Shown piece after piece: positions 54,168 through 62,581 of a DNA stretch of 64,000 nucleotides; within the stretch, counting starts at the first letter, position 1, and every line of letters starts with the position of its first letter. The position numbers and the translations under genes were made by a program. The DNA is from Brevinematales bacterium. Lineage in GTDB: Bacteria; Spirochaetota; Brevinematia; Brevinematales; JAOACQ01. Location: contig JAGVOW010000064.1 in the NCBI GenBank assembly GCA_020052515.1, positions 3,862-67,861 of the forward strand, written 5' to 3'. Below the pieces are notes generated by a model. It was not told where the DNA came from. It saw only the letters and a program-made list of their open reading frames with translations, and did no database searches.

Positions 54168-55457
54168 TTACTTAAGCAACATTTGTAATAAATAAGTCCC
54201 CGCACCGGCAAAATAACCAATAAGGGCCAGCCAGCCGATCTTTTTAAAATACTCAAAAAAACCTATTTTTTCCAGGCCCATCGCCGCTACGCCCGCCGCC
54301 GAACCAATGATCAAAATACTGCCGCCCGTTCCAGCGCTGTAGGCCAGAAGTTCCCAGAAAGAATGGTCTGTCGGCAATACGCTGAGAGGGTACATTCCTA
54401 TTGCCGCGGCGACTAATGGAACGTTATCCACTATGGCGGACAAGATTCCAATAGCTATAGCCGTAACATTTATGTTTCCGATCAAGCGGTTCATAGAATC
54501 GGCTAAACTGCCCAATATTCCAGCAGTCTGAAGGGAAGAAACCGCCAGCAATATGCCGAGAAAAAACAATATGGTTGTCATATCCATTTTTCTGAGCGCT
54601 GATAATACGGAAAGCTTGTATCTATCCTCCGCGGCTTTCTTTTTGTGCATCAATTCGGTTATGACCCACAAAACACCTAGCGCTAAAAGCATTCCCATAA
54701 AAGGCGGTAAATGAGTAACCGATTTAAAAACAGGTATGGAGATCAATAAAAACACCCCGGAAAATAAGATCGCTTTGTTCTCAAACATTAAAGGAGCCAA
54801 TTCTTTTTTTTCCTTTTCCTTTGATGGTTTGTCTTCGTTTTTTCCAATCATAAATGTAAAAAAAACAAGAGGCACTAGCAAATTCATGAGACTCGGCAAA
54901 ATTACGGATCGAATAATATTCCAGCTCGTAATTCGATGCGCGGTCCAGAGCATCGTGGTTGTCACATCCCCAATCGGCGACCAGGCTCCGCCGGCATTAG
55001 CGGCAATCACAACGACTCCAATAAACAAGAAACGTTCTTTAGATTCTGTTACCAGCTTTCTGACCAGCATTACCATAATGATGGCAGTCGTGAGATTATC
55101 TAAAATTGAGGATAAGAAAAAAGTAATAAATGACACAATCCATAAAAGTTTTTGCTGAGACTGTCTTGCATTTTTGCCCCCGATCAGGTTCGTGATGACG
55201 GCAAATCCGTTATGGGCTTCTATCAGTTCCACTATTGTCATCGCCCCCAGGAGAAAAAACAAAATAGCGGCTATATCTCCGGTATGCGCCATTAATTGTT
55301 CTAAGATTCCGCCTTTCTCAGCCGTGCCTGAAATCAAAATCGACCAGCACAAAACACCGGTAATTATAGCCGACGCGGCTTTGTCCAATTTCAAAAACCG
55401 GTCAAAAATAATACAGCAATATCCAATGACAAAAACTAGAATCATAAAAGCGCTCAT
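54168..55457 (-). CDS. nhaD: NhaD/ArsB-superfamily Na+/H+ antiporter
   Basis: 429 aa with about 11-12 TM helices. Sequence patterns (FFLLGAMTIVELI, LDNLTTAI, ANAGGAWSPIGDVTTTMLW, DNVPLVAA) are typical of NhaD-type transporters. Confidence 0.78.
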   Translation of the reverse strand: MSAFMILVFVIGYCCIIFDRFLKLDKAASAIITGVLCWSILISGTAEKGGILEQLMAHTGDIAAILFFLLGAMTIVELIEAHNGFAVITNLIGGKNARQSQQKLLWIVSFITFFLSSILDNLTTAIIMVMLVRKLVTESKERFLFIGVVVIAANAGGAWSPIGDVTTTMLWTAHRITSWNIIRSVILPSLMNLLVPLVFFTFMIGKNEDKPSKEKEKKELAPLMFENKAILFSGVFLLISIPVFKSVTHLPPFMGMLLALGVLWVITELMHKKKAAEDRYKLSVLSALRKMDMTTILFFLGILLAVSSLQTAGILGSLADSMNRLIGNINVTAIAIGILSAIVDNVPLVAAAIGMYPLSVLPTDHSFWELLAYSAGTGGSILIIGSAAGVAAMGLEKIGFFEYFKKIGWLALIGYFAGAGTYLLQMLLK

Positions 55458-55487
55458 ATTTCCCCCTAAAATTACTTATAACTTTTT

Positions 55488-56447
55488 TTATCTTGTAGCG
55501 ATTAAAAAAGTTATATATCCGATGTACATCAAGACCATAATTACGCCCTGCCATCTTTCAATTGTATGTTTTCTTCCTATAAACATCGCTATAAATAAAA
55601 TAACTGTCGCAAAAATCGTCATGAATACATCTGTATTTGAGCTGGAGTTGAACGGTAAAGGACGGATGAGCGCGCTGATACCAAGAACCCAGAATATATT
55701 GAAAACGTTTGAACCAACTACATTGCCGATAGCGATATCCGATTGTTTTTTATACGCGGCGACAGCCGAAGTCGCTAATTCCGGAAGAGAAGTACCGATT
55801 GCTACTACTGTTAAAGCGATTAAAGATTGGCTTATTTTAAAGCTTTCCGCTATTTTTATAGCACCATCAACTATCCAGTTTCCCCCGATAATTAAACCTA
55901 CGATACCAAAAATAACAAAACATATCGATTGAATCATTCCAAAAGATTTTGTTTTTTCTTCTTCAATATTTTCTTCGGAAGATTTTGATATACCAAAAGT
56001 GTAATAAAGGAAAACAATCAAAAACGACAGAAAAACTAAACCATCAATTCTGCCGATTCCGTTAAACAACGAGCCTTCAAATATTTTATCATTAGCCATA
56101 ATGCCCAGAAGCGCTATGGCTAAAAGGCTGAAAGGAATTTCCTTCATAACGGTGTTTTTTTTAGCGGTAATCGGGTAAATGATAGAGGCTACACCCAATA
56201 TTAATAGTATATTAGCGATATTGCTCCCCAGTATATTTCCAATCGCGATTTCCGTGTCGCCTTTCGCGCTGGCAAAAATATTAATAAAAAATTCCGGAGC
56301 GGATGTTCCAAAAGATACTATCGTTAAACCGATGACAATATTTGAAATCTTCAGCTTTTTCGCGATGGATACAGATCCGTCCACTAAGAAATCAGCGCCT
56401 TTTATGAGAACAATAAAGCCGGCGATAAACAGAATATAAGTCAGCAT
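55488..56447 (-). CDS. Ca2+/cation (Na+) antiporter, CaCA family (YrbG-like)
   Basis: Two alpha-repeats: GTSAPEFFINIFAS...GNILGSNIANILLILG and GTSLPELATSAVAA...GNVVGSNVFNIFWVLG. Confidence 0.9.
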   Translation of the reverse strand: MLTYILFIAGFIVLIKGADFLVDGSVSIAKKLKISNIVIGLTIVSFGTSAPEFFINIFASAKGDTEIAIGNILGSNIANILLILGVASIIYPITAKKNTVMKEIPFSLLAIALLGIMANDKIFEGSLFNGIGRIDGLVFLSFLIVFLYYTFGISKSSEENIEEEKTKSFGMIQSICFVIFGIVGLIIGGNWIVDGAIKIAESFKISQSLIALTVVAIGTSLPELATSAVAAYKKQSDIAIGNVVGSNVFNIFWVLGISALIRPLPFNSSSNTDVFMTIFATVILFIAMFIGRKHTIERWQGVIMVLMYIGYITFLIATR

Positions 56448-56466
56448 ATAAATAACCCCTCAAAAG

Positions 56467-57606
56467 CTAATAAAAATCCACCCTGTAATTTACGCCAACT
56501 AAAAGAAGGGTGTTGCCGCCTTTAAAATCGGCGACTCCGTTTATGGTTTGGAAAGACTCTGAAAAGGATGAGTAATAAAAATCCAATTTTATGCCCCAAT
56601 TTCCCTGAAAATAATAATCCAGTCCTAGATTAACAATCGGAATAGCGATCGATCTATGAGGCTCCGCGATATCATTACCTATAAGCATTTCGCTATTTAG
56701 AAAATTCATAGCGAAAGAGGCTTTAAGAGAAAACTCCGGGCTGAAGTCATATTTTACAAAGGCCATAGGCGCTAAAAACGCGGGCGTAATTTGATAGGCA
56801 ACGTAATTGTTTCCGGGATAAGACCTGATCGTAACCAGCGAAAATGTAGCTGCAAGCCCCGCGCCCGCTGTAATATTCCAGAGCCTGTATCCGGCAAAAA
56901 TAGCGCTCAAATTGTTTTTCCAGTTGTCCAGCGACAACTCATTATTCACGAGCAAGGGCATAAAACTGCTGAAACCAAAGTAAACGCTTCCCAGCCTTAT
57001 TTCCAGCCCCATGAAAGGAAGCCAGGTAAAGTGATCGTTAAAACTGCTGTTTATTCCCAGCGTAGTGACAAAAGAACGGTTTAGTTTGATGTCATCAGAA
57101 ACCAATTCCACTCTTTTTCTATATTTTACAAGAGTTTCTTCATCCATCGGTTTGACTGCCTTTGTCACATCCTGCCTCAAGTTTTCAATAATAACATCCA
57201 GAGTGTCAAATATGTCCTGGCCCGCGTTTCCGGAGTAGCTATTCTCAAACTTTAAGAGCCTCTGGAGGACATCGTAAACGCTTACATAAATGTAGATTTT
57301 ATCGCCGATCACAGCATAACTTCCATTGACAACAATATCGTAACCATTGGTGTAAGCGTCATTAAAAACACCGCGCATAGACGTTTTTTCCGCGTTTTTT
57401 ATATTTACATCCAGATAATCTACTTTTGACAGAAATGTTTTAATGGAATTCTGGATCACCAGTGTTAAATTGGCCTCTCTGCCTTTTTCTGTTTTATTCA
57501 CAAACGGATATACCGCCATTTTCCAATGATTGGTGGGTTGTGTGTTTCCATAACTAATTTGAACAAATAAAAATAATACAAATAGTGAAAGCATTATCTT
57601 TTTCAT
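56467..57606 (-). CDS. Envelope protein with an N-terminal LpoB/CsgG-like module and a C-terminal beta-barrel (379 aa)
   Basis: Signal peptide. N-domain pattern MAVYPFVNKTEKGREANLTLVIQNSIKTFLSK...YDIVVNGSYAVIGDKIYIYVSVYD. The C-terminus ends ...VGVNYRVDFY (OMP beta-signal). Confidence 0.6.
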   Translation of the reverse strand: MKKIMLSLFVLFLFVQISYGNTQPTNHWKMAVYPFVNKTEKGREANLTLVIQNSIKTFLSKVDYLDVNIKNAEKTSMRGVFNDAYTNGYDIVVNGSYAVIGDKIYIYVSVYDVLQRLLKFENSYSGNAGQDIFDTLDVIIENLRQDVTKAVKPMDEETLVKYRKRVELVSDDIKLNRSFVTTLGINSSFNDHFTWLPFMGLEIRLGSVYFGFSSFMPLLVNNELSLDNWKNNLSAIFAGYRLWNITAGAGLAATFSLVTIRSYPGNNYVAYQITPAFLAPMAFVKYDFSPEFSLKASFAMNFLNSEMLIGNDIAEPHRSIAIPIVNLGLDYYFQGNWGIKLDFYYSSFSESFQTINGVADFKGGNTLLLVGVNYRVDFY

Positions 57607-58727
57607 TATTTTCCTCCCAGAGTAAACTTATAAGAAATGCCGCCTGAGAGAGAACTGTTGACCACCAATGGAGGCATCCCGCCTGAATCAGGGATCAATA
57701 TCAGCCAGATGTTATATTGAAAACCAGCCCATAAGACAGGAGTTATTCCTATATTAAACCGGAGAAATCCGCCTGTCAGATTAAACTTTCCGCTATACTC
57801 ATAGGGCCAGTTTTGATTTTCCGCGACTGAAGGCGGCAGAGAATAATCAATGCGGTTTATTTCTGAAAGGGGAGTGAAATAACCCCCTAAGGCAAGCTGG
57901 TATCGGTCTGTTACATTTACCATCATAACCGGAGAAAAATAAAAACAGTGAAAACTCAAAATATTGTCTTCAGTATCCGCTGTCCGGTAACCGATACGGG
58001 CAGTCAGAGTCAAAAGCCCATTAAAAGCATTGATTTCCGGGCCGCCGTAAACAGCATATTCAGCGATTCCCAGAAAAGAAGCGCTTGCGCCAAAATTAAA
58101 ACCAAGCCACTTGTAGCGGAAAGCGGAGTCAAGATAAAGGCCTATTTCATTGGAATACATTTCTGCTATGGGAATCGAGTTGCCTGAGTAGAAAAAGCCC
58201 AGCTCTGTTATCACCGCCGGATTGACATACTCAAATCTTCCAACTCCTATTTTCTCCACTTCTTCTTTTACCAGAATATTTTTTGGTATCCTCGGAAAGT
58301 GATCTTCCAGCCACAACGGCAGGGACTTTCTTAATTTTGTGATACCTTCGTTTAAATCTGAAAAATCCAGCCGGGTGGAGAAGCTTTTACCGTCACGGTT
58401 GACCGCGTTTATATTCAATTCAAATTTACCCTGCGTTTGTTTCAATTCCCCTATGAGACAAACATTAATCTTATTGAGCAATAAGAATTTTGTTATGTCG
58501 CTGGTATCAAGATAATTAGTTGCCTGAAAATCCAGAACAAGCTGGGCATTGCTTATGCGGCTGATAATGCTTCTGGATTCCTCTTCAAACAAATATGCCT
58601 GCGCGGCGGAAGCGGAAACAGCGCTGAAATCTTTCACAAAAATTTTTGGAGGAACGGTTTCTTCCGCCGAAAACCCTATAGAGAAAGATAACAGCAAAAC
58701 CCCTGCCGCGAGATGAAATTTAGACAT
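57606..58727 (-). CDS. Paralogous-architecture envelope protein, N-domain plus beta-rich C-terminal domain (373 aa)
   Basis: Signal peptide. N-domain pattern IFVKDFSAVSASAAQAYLFEEESRSIISRI...NVCLIGELKQTQGKFELNINAVN. Its stop overlaps the next gene's start as TAATG. Confidence 0.6.
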   Translation of the reverse strand: MSKFHLAAGVLLLSFSIGFSAEETVPPKIFVKDFSAVSASAAQAYLFEEESRSIISRISNAQLVLDFQATNYLDTSDITKFLLLNKINVCLIGELKQTQGKFELNINAVNRDGKSFSTRLDFSDLNEGITKLRKSLPLWLEDHFPRIPKNILVKEEVEKIGVGRFEYVNPAVITELGFFYSGNSIPIAEMYSNEIGLYLDSAFRYKWLGFNFGASASFLGIAEYAVYGGPEINAFNGLLTLTARIGYRTADTEDNILSFHCFYFSPVMMVNVTDRYQLALGGYFTPLSEINRIDYSLPPSVAENQNWPYEYSGKFNLTGGFLRFNIGITPVLWAGFQYNIWLILIPDSGGMPPLVVNSSLSGGISYKFTLGGK

Positions 58728-58883
58728 AAATCCTCCAGTTGGATCAACTAGAAAGTGGAAATTTAACCTGATTTTATTCTACAACGAAACAATAGAAATT
58801 GCATGTTTAATGAATAATTTATTATCACTAAAAAGATAATTCATTCGTCAATTCACCGATTTTGCTCAAAGATAACTCAATGC

Positions 58884-58912
58884 TTGACAAAAAGCAAAAA
58901 TAAAGATAATCT
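58884..58912 (+). promoter_or_regulatory. Candidate promoter of the zinc operon, TTGACA-17 nt-TAATCT
   Basis: A perfect -35 TTGACA at 58884-58889 and a weak -10 TAATCT at 58907-58912. The palindrome starts at the end of the -10 element. Confidence 0.4.
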
Positions 58913-58934
58913 ATATGCAAATGATTTGCATATA
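58912..58934. promoter_or_regulatory. Candidate Zur (Fur-family) operator, 23-bp palindrome TATATGCAAATGATTTGCATATA
   Basis: Two perfect 11-bp arms around a central G at 58923. It sits between the -10 element and the AGGAGG RBS of the first gene of an operon that ends with a Fur-family regulator. The AT-rich 7-1-7-like architecture resembles known Fur/Zur boxes. Confidence 0.55.
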
Positions 58935-58944
58935 GGAGGGATAT

Positions 58945-59523
58945 ATGAAATTGCAAAAATTTTTACTTGCCGCTGTTTTGATAATGTCATGCAGTATGGC
59001 TATGGCGGAAGAAGAAAAGAAAGCCACCGGGCTTTCAGCGGGGATTGAAACAGGATACGGTGATGTGCTTACCTACGGTGAAGGGTTTGAATTCTGGGTT
59101 AAACCGAATATCGGCTGGGATATTTTCGACACCGGCTTCTCATTAGGCCTGGGCCTGGTTCTGCCAGTTTACCCGGCTGGAAACAGCATCTCTTTAGAAC
59201 TTTCGGAAAGTTATGGACTGGATATTGGAGACTCCGGTTTTGAAGCGGAATTCGGGAACTGGAATGGACTGTCTCTGGGAGAACAGCCTGGATTTGACGG
59301 TTTTATTTTCGCTGGTATCGGTTATTCAGGTTTTTCCCTGGCTCTACAGGCGCATTATTTAAGCGGTTCGGCCTTCGGATTTGGCGGCCTGACATTTGTT
59401 CCCGGTTATTCCTTTGAATTGGGAAATTTTGAGATAGGTATCTGCGCTGAGATCGGCATGCAGACCGGTGAACAGATCAGCTGGTCTATTGTACCGATAT
59501 TGGGCTGTTCCTATAGTTTCTAA
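58945..59523 (+). CDS. Small acidic Gly-rich outer-membrane beta-barrel protein (192 aa), first gene of the zinc operon
   Basis: Signal peptide ...SMAMA-EEE. Short amphipathic strands are rich in G, F, E and D. The C-terminus is ...GCSYSF (terminal Phe beta-signal). Confidence 0.6.
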   Translation: MKLQKFLLAAVLIMSCSMAMAEEEKKATGLSAGIETGYGDVLTYGEGFEFWVKPNIGWDIFDTGFSLGLGLVLPVYPAGNSISLELSESYGLDIGDSGFEAEFGNWNGLSLGEQPGFDGFIFAGIGYSGFSLALQAHYLSGSAFGFGGLTFVPGYSFELGNFEIGICAEIGMQTGEQISWSIVPILGCSYSF

Positions 59524-59548
59524 ACAATCTTAAACAGGAGTTTAAAAA

Positions 59549-60484
59549 ATGAAACAACTTATATTTCTTAAAGTAATAATGGGTTTATCCATTATTTTAA
59601 CAGCTTGCGCAGGGAAAAACAATGCTGGAAAAGGCGAGGTATTAACATCATTTTACCCGATACAGATATTTACTATGAATATCACGGAGGGCATTCCTGA
59701 ATTGGCTCCGAAGTTAATGATCCCATGCACGCTTGGCTGTCCGCATGAATATTCCATGACACCTGGCGATATGGAAAAAATCAGGAGCGCGAAAGTTTTG
59801 ATTATCAACGGCCTGATGGAATCTTCTTTTATATCGCCTGAAAAAATCAAGGCCTTAAATCCATCCGTCACCTTGATAGATTCGGGAAAAGAAGCGGTAT
59901 TAATTCCGCTGGAAGAGGAAGAAGGCCACCACCATGATGGAAACACGCACGAAGAGGAGCACCATCATGGAAAATACAATCCGCATCTCTGGGTTTCACC
60001 TTTTGTCGCGGCGGTGCAGGTGCGCGTGATCGGCAGAGAATTGTCGGCGCTTTATCCAAAACACTCTGAAAAACTTTTAAAAAACGCGGAAAACTACGCA
60101 ATGAAATTGGAAGCCATGGGTGAAACCATGAAAAAAGAAATCGCGAAATTTCCGAATAAAAAAATTATTGCCTTTCATGAAGCATTTGATTATTTTGCCC
60201 GCGACCTGGGGCTGGATGTGGTTGGGGTTCTGGAAATCGAACCTGGGGTAAATCCCGGCCCGAAGCACTTGAAGGAAATGGCTAACCTGGCTAAAAAGTA
60301 CAATTTAAAAGCTGTATTCGCGGAAGCTCAATACCCGGCGGATATTGCTGAAATGGTCGCAAAAGAAGCCGGAATAAGGCTGTTAATTTTAGATCCCGCG
60401 GCCAGCGCGGCTAAAATAGAACCGGGTATGTATGAGGAAATAATGGTAAAAAATATGTCAGCTCTGAAAGAGGCTTTACAGTAA
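59549..60484 (+). CDS. znuA: Zinc ABC transporter substrate-binding lipoprotein (ZnuA/TroA family)
   Basis: Lipobox LTA-C. An acidic His-rich loop, EEEEGHHHDGNTHEEEHHHGKYNPHLW, is characteristic of ZnuA. It has the cluster-9 SBP layout. Confidence 0.85.
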   Translation: MKQLIFLKVIMGLSIILTACAGKNNAGKGEVLTSFYPIQIFTMNITEGIPELAPKLMIPCTLGCPHEYSMTPGDMEKIRSAKVLIINGLMESSFISPEKIKALNPSVTLIDSGKEAVLIPLEEEEGHHHDGNTHEEEHHHGKYNPHLWVSPFVAAVQVRVIGRELSALYPKHSEKLLKNAENYAMKLEAMGETMKKEIAKFPNKKIIAFHEAFDYFARDLGLDVVGVLEIEPGVNPGPKHLKEMANLAKKYNLKAVFAEAQYPADIAEMVAKEAGIRLLILDPAASAAKIEPGMYEEIMVKNMSALKEALQ

Positions 60485-61203
60485 TGACAAACGACGCTAT
60501 TCAGGTAAAAGAACTATCGGTAAAGATCAATGAAACCGTTATTCTGGATAACCTGAGCTTCACTATACCAAAAGCCCAGGTTACATCTATCATCGGGCCG
60601 AACGGAGCGGGTAAAACTACTCTGCTGTCCGCCATATTAGGAATGATTGAGTATTCCGGGAGCGTTGAATTTTGCGATGGAAATAATGTAAAAATCGGTT
60701 ATGTGCCCCAGCGGCTGAGTCTCGCGAAAGACTCAGCCGTAACGGCGGCCGATTTATTTACGATGACCCATCAGAAAAAACCGGTCTATCTTGGCACAAC
60801 CAGAAGATGCGGCGTCATCGCCGAAGAATATTTGAATCTGGTCCAGATGGCTCATTATAAGAACAGAAAGCTCTCTGTGCTGTCCGGCGGCGAATTACAG
60901 CGTGTCCTGATAGGGCTTGCCTTATCCAGAAAACCATCCATTCTTATCATGGATGAAGCTTCCGCCGGTATTGATTTCCAGGGAAGTTCCGCACTGGACG
61001 ATTTAACCAGGAAGCTGAACCGTGAGAATTCATTGACCGTCATTATGGTATCACATGATTTAAGCGTTGTAAACCGCTCTTCTGACCACATTGTATGCAT
61101 TAACAAAACACTGGTCTGTCAGGGACCGCCTGAAAAAACGCTGACGCCGAAAAGTATAGCGAATGCGTTCGGAAATCCGGCGCTTCATTCTCATGCCCAT
61201 TAA
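60484..61203 (+). CDS. znuC: Zinc ABC transporter ATP-binding protein
   Basis: Walker A GPNGAGKTT, signature LSGGELQRVLIGLAL, Walker B ILIMDEASAGID. Confidence 0.85.
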   Translation: MTNDAIQVKELSVKINETVILDNLSFTIPKAQVTSIIGPNGAGKTTLLSAILGMIEYSGSVEFCDGNNVKIGYVPQRLSLAKDSAVTAADLFTMTHQKKPVYLGTTRRCGVIAEEYLNLVQMAHYKNRKLSVLSGGELQRVLIGLALSRKPSILIMDEASAGIDFQGSSALDDLTRKLNRENSLTVIMVSHDLSVVNRSSDHIVCINKTLVCQGPPEKTLTPKSIANAFGNPALHSHAH

Positions 61204-61211
61204 GAGGTTAT

Positions 61212-62075
61212 ATGTTAAATGAGATATTTTTAGTAATTTATCATTTTCTGGATATTGTTTTGCCCTTTGCCTGGGCAGAACCGGTCTTTATGAAAAACGC
61301 GCTGATAGCGCTGGTGTTGATCGCTCCGGCCGCGGCGCTGGTCGGCATTCACCTGACGGCTTTACATATGGCTTTTTTCGGCGACGCGATTTCCCATTCC
61401 GCTTTTACCGGGATTGCTCTGGGTTTTTTATTTTCGGTTAATCCTTCCCTATCTATGGCAATATTCGCGGTGGCGATATCCATTTTGATCTATTTTGTCG
61501 AAAAAAAATCCAATATCGCGATGGACAATATTATCAGCGTGATGATGAGCCTCGGTGTGGCTGCCGGCCTCTGTATTGTCAGTTTCCGCAAGAGTTTTAT
61601 GCGTGATTTCCAGTCTTATTTATTCGGTGATATTTTAACCGTCAGCCAGGGTGAGATCATTGTTATGTTTCTAGTCCTGGTATTCATAGTCATCTGGAGC
61701 TATATTAACTACAACCGCCTGGCCTTGATGTCGCTGTCTCCGCTTCTCATAATCGATAAAGCGAAATCAAGGGGTTTGAGCAAGCTTTTATTTTCATTAT
61801 TATGCGCGGTGCTGGTAGCAGTCAGCATAAAAGTTACGGGAATGCTCCTGATCACTTCGCTTCTGGTTATTCCCGCGGTGACAGCCAGGCTGATCGCGAA
61901 AAGCGAAGGACGGATATTCCGGATAGCGTATATGATAATCGCCGGTACGTCACTATTCGCGCTCATCGTGTCTTATTACCTCGACATGGCGACCGGAGGA
62001 GTTATCATTGTTTTTCTTTCAGTTTTGTTTTTTATCGCTTATTTATTGCGGGCTGTCTGGAAAATATCATTATAA
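61212..62075 (+). CDS. znuB: Zinc/manganese ABC transporter permease (ABC-3 family)
   Basis: About 8 TM helices. Motifs FFGDAISHSAFTGIALG and TSLLVIPAVTARL are typical of ZnuB/TroCD-type permeases. Confidence 0.85.
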   Translation: MLNEIFLVIYHFLDIVLPFAWAEPVFMKNALIALVLIAPAAALVGIHLTALHMAFFGDAISHSAFTGIALGFLFSVNPSLSMAIFAVAISILIYFVEKKSNIAMDNIISVMMSLGVAAGLCIVSFRKSFMRDFQSYLFGDILTVSQGEIIVMFLVLVFIVIWSYINYNRLALMSLSPLLIIDKAKSRGLSKLLFSLLCAVLVAVSIKVTGMLLITSLLVIPAVTARLIAKSEGRIFRIAYMIIAGTSLFALIVSYYLDMATGGVIIVFLSVLFFIAYLLRAVWKISL

Positions 62076-62152
62076 TTTTTATTCATAAAGTGGTTTTTAC
62101 TGTTTTACTGAATTATAATTATAGGATAAATATTTCGGCAGGATTTTAATTT

Positions 62153-62575
62153 ATGAAAGATAAGTGTCAGGCGCATAATCTGTTAAGTGAAAATCAGCTT
62201 AAAATAACTAAACAAAGAGAAGATGTTTTATCCAGGATAATAGAATTGGATAAGCCCTTCAATGTCAATGAGCTGCGTTCAGTCCTGGGCGGCAATTTTG
62301 ATATAGTCACGATTTACCGGATATTAGAAGCTTTCAGCCGGAAGGGAATTGTCCGCGAAGTATCCAGTCTAAACGGCGTGCGATATTTTGAATTGTCCTG
62401 CGTACACCACCCCATACATCCGCACTTTATCTGCGAGCATTGCCATAGTATTTACTGCCTGGGCGCGATTGACTATAAAGACAGCCTTAAACTGGGTAAG
62501 TATGCGGATACACACAGCATATCCGGCATATCGATTAATTTCACGGGAATTTGCGGCCAATGCGGGGTGAAGTAA
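62153..62575 (+). CDS. zur: Fur-family metalloregulator, probable Zur
   Basis: 140 aa. The wHTH region is TKQREDVLSRII...IYRILEAFSRKGIVREV. Metal sites are HHPIHPHFICEHCHSIYC and CGQCG. It lies immediately downstream of znuACB. Confidence 0.75.
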   Translation: MKDKCQAHNLLSENQLKITKQREDVLSRIIELDKPFNVNELRSVLGGNFDIVTIYRILEAFSRKGIVREVSSLNGVRYFELSCVHHPIHPHFICEHCHSIYCLGAIDYKDSLKLGKYADTHSISGISINFTGICGQCGVK

Positions 62576-62581
62576 ATAAAA

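Noticed and set aside
55174-55932. A 252-aa ORF on the plus strand that spans the nhaD / CaCA junction
   Set aside because: It is antisense to two transporter genes that have clear family motifs and RBSs. Its translation is low-complexity (Ile/Pro/Lys-rich) with no start context. This is the typical shadow ORF of an AT-biased membrane-protein gene.
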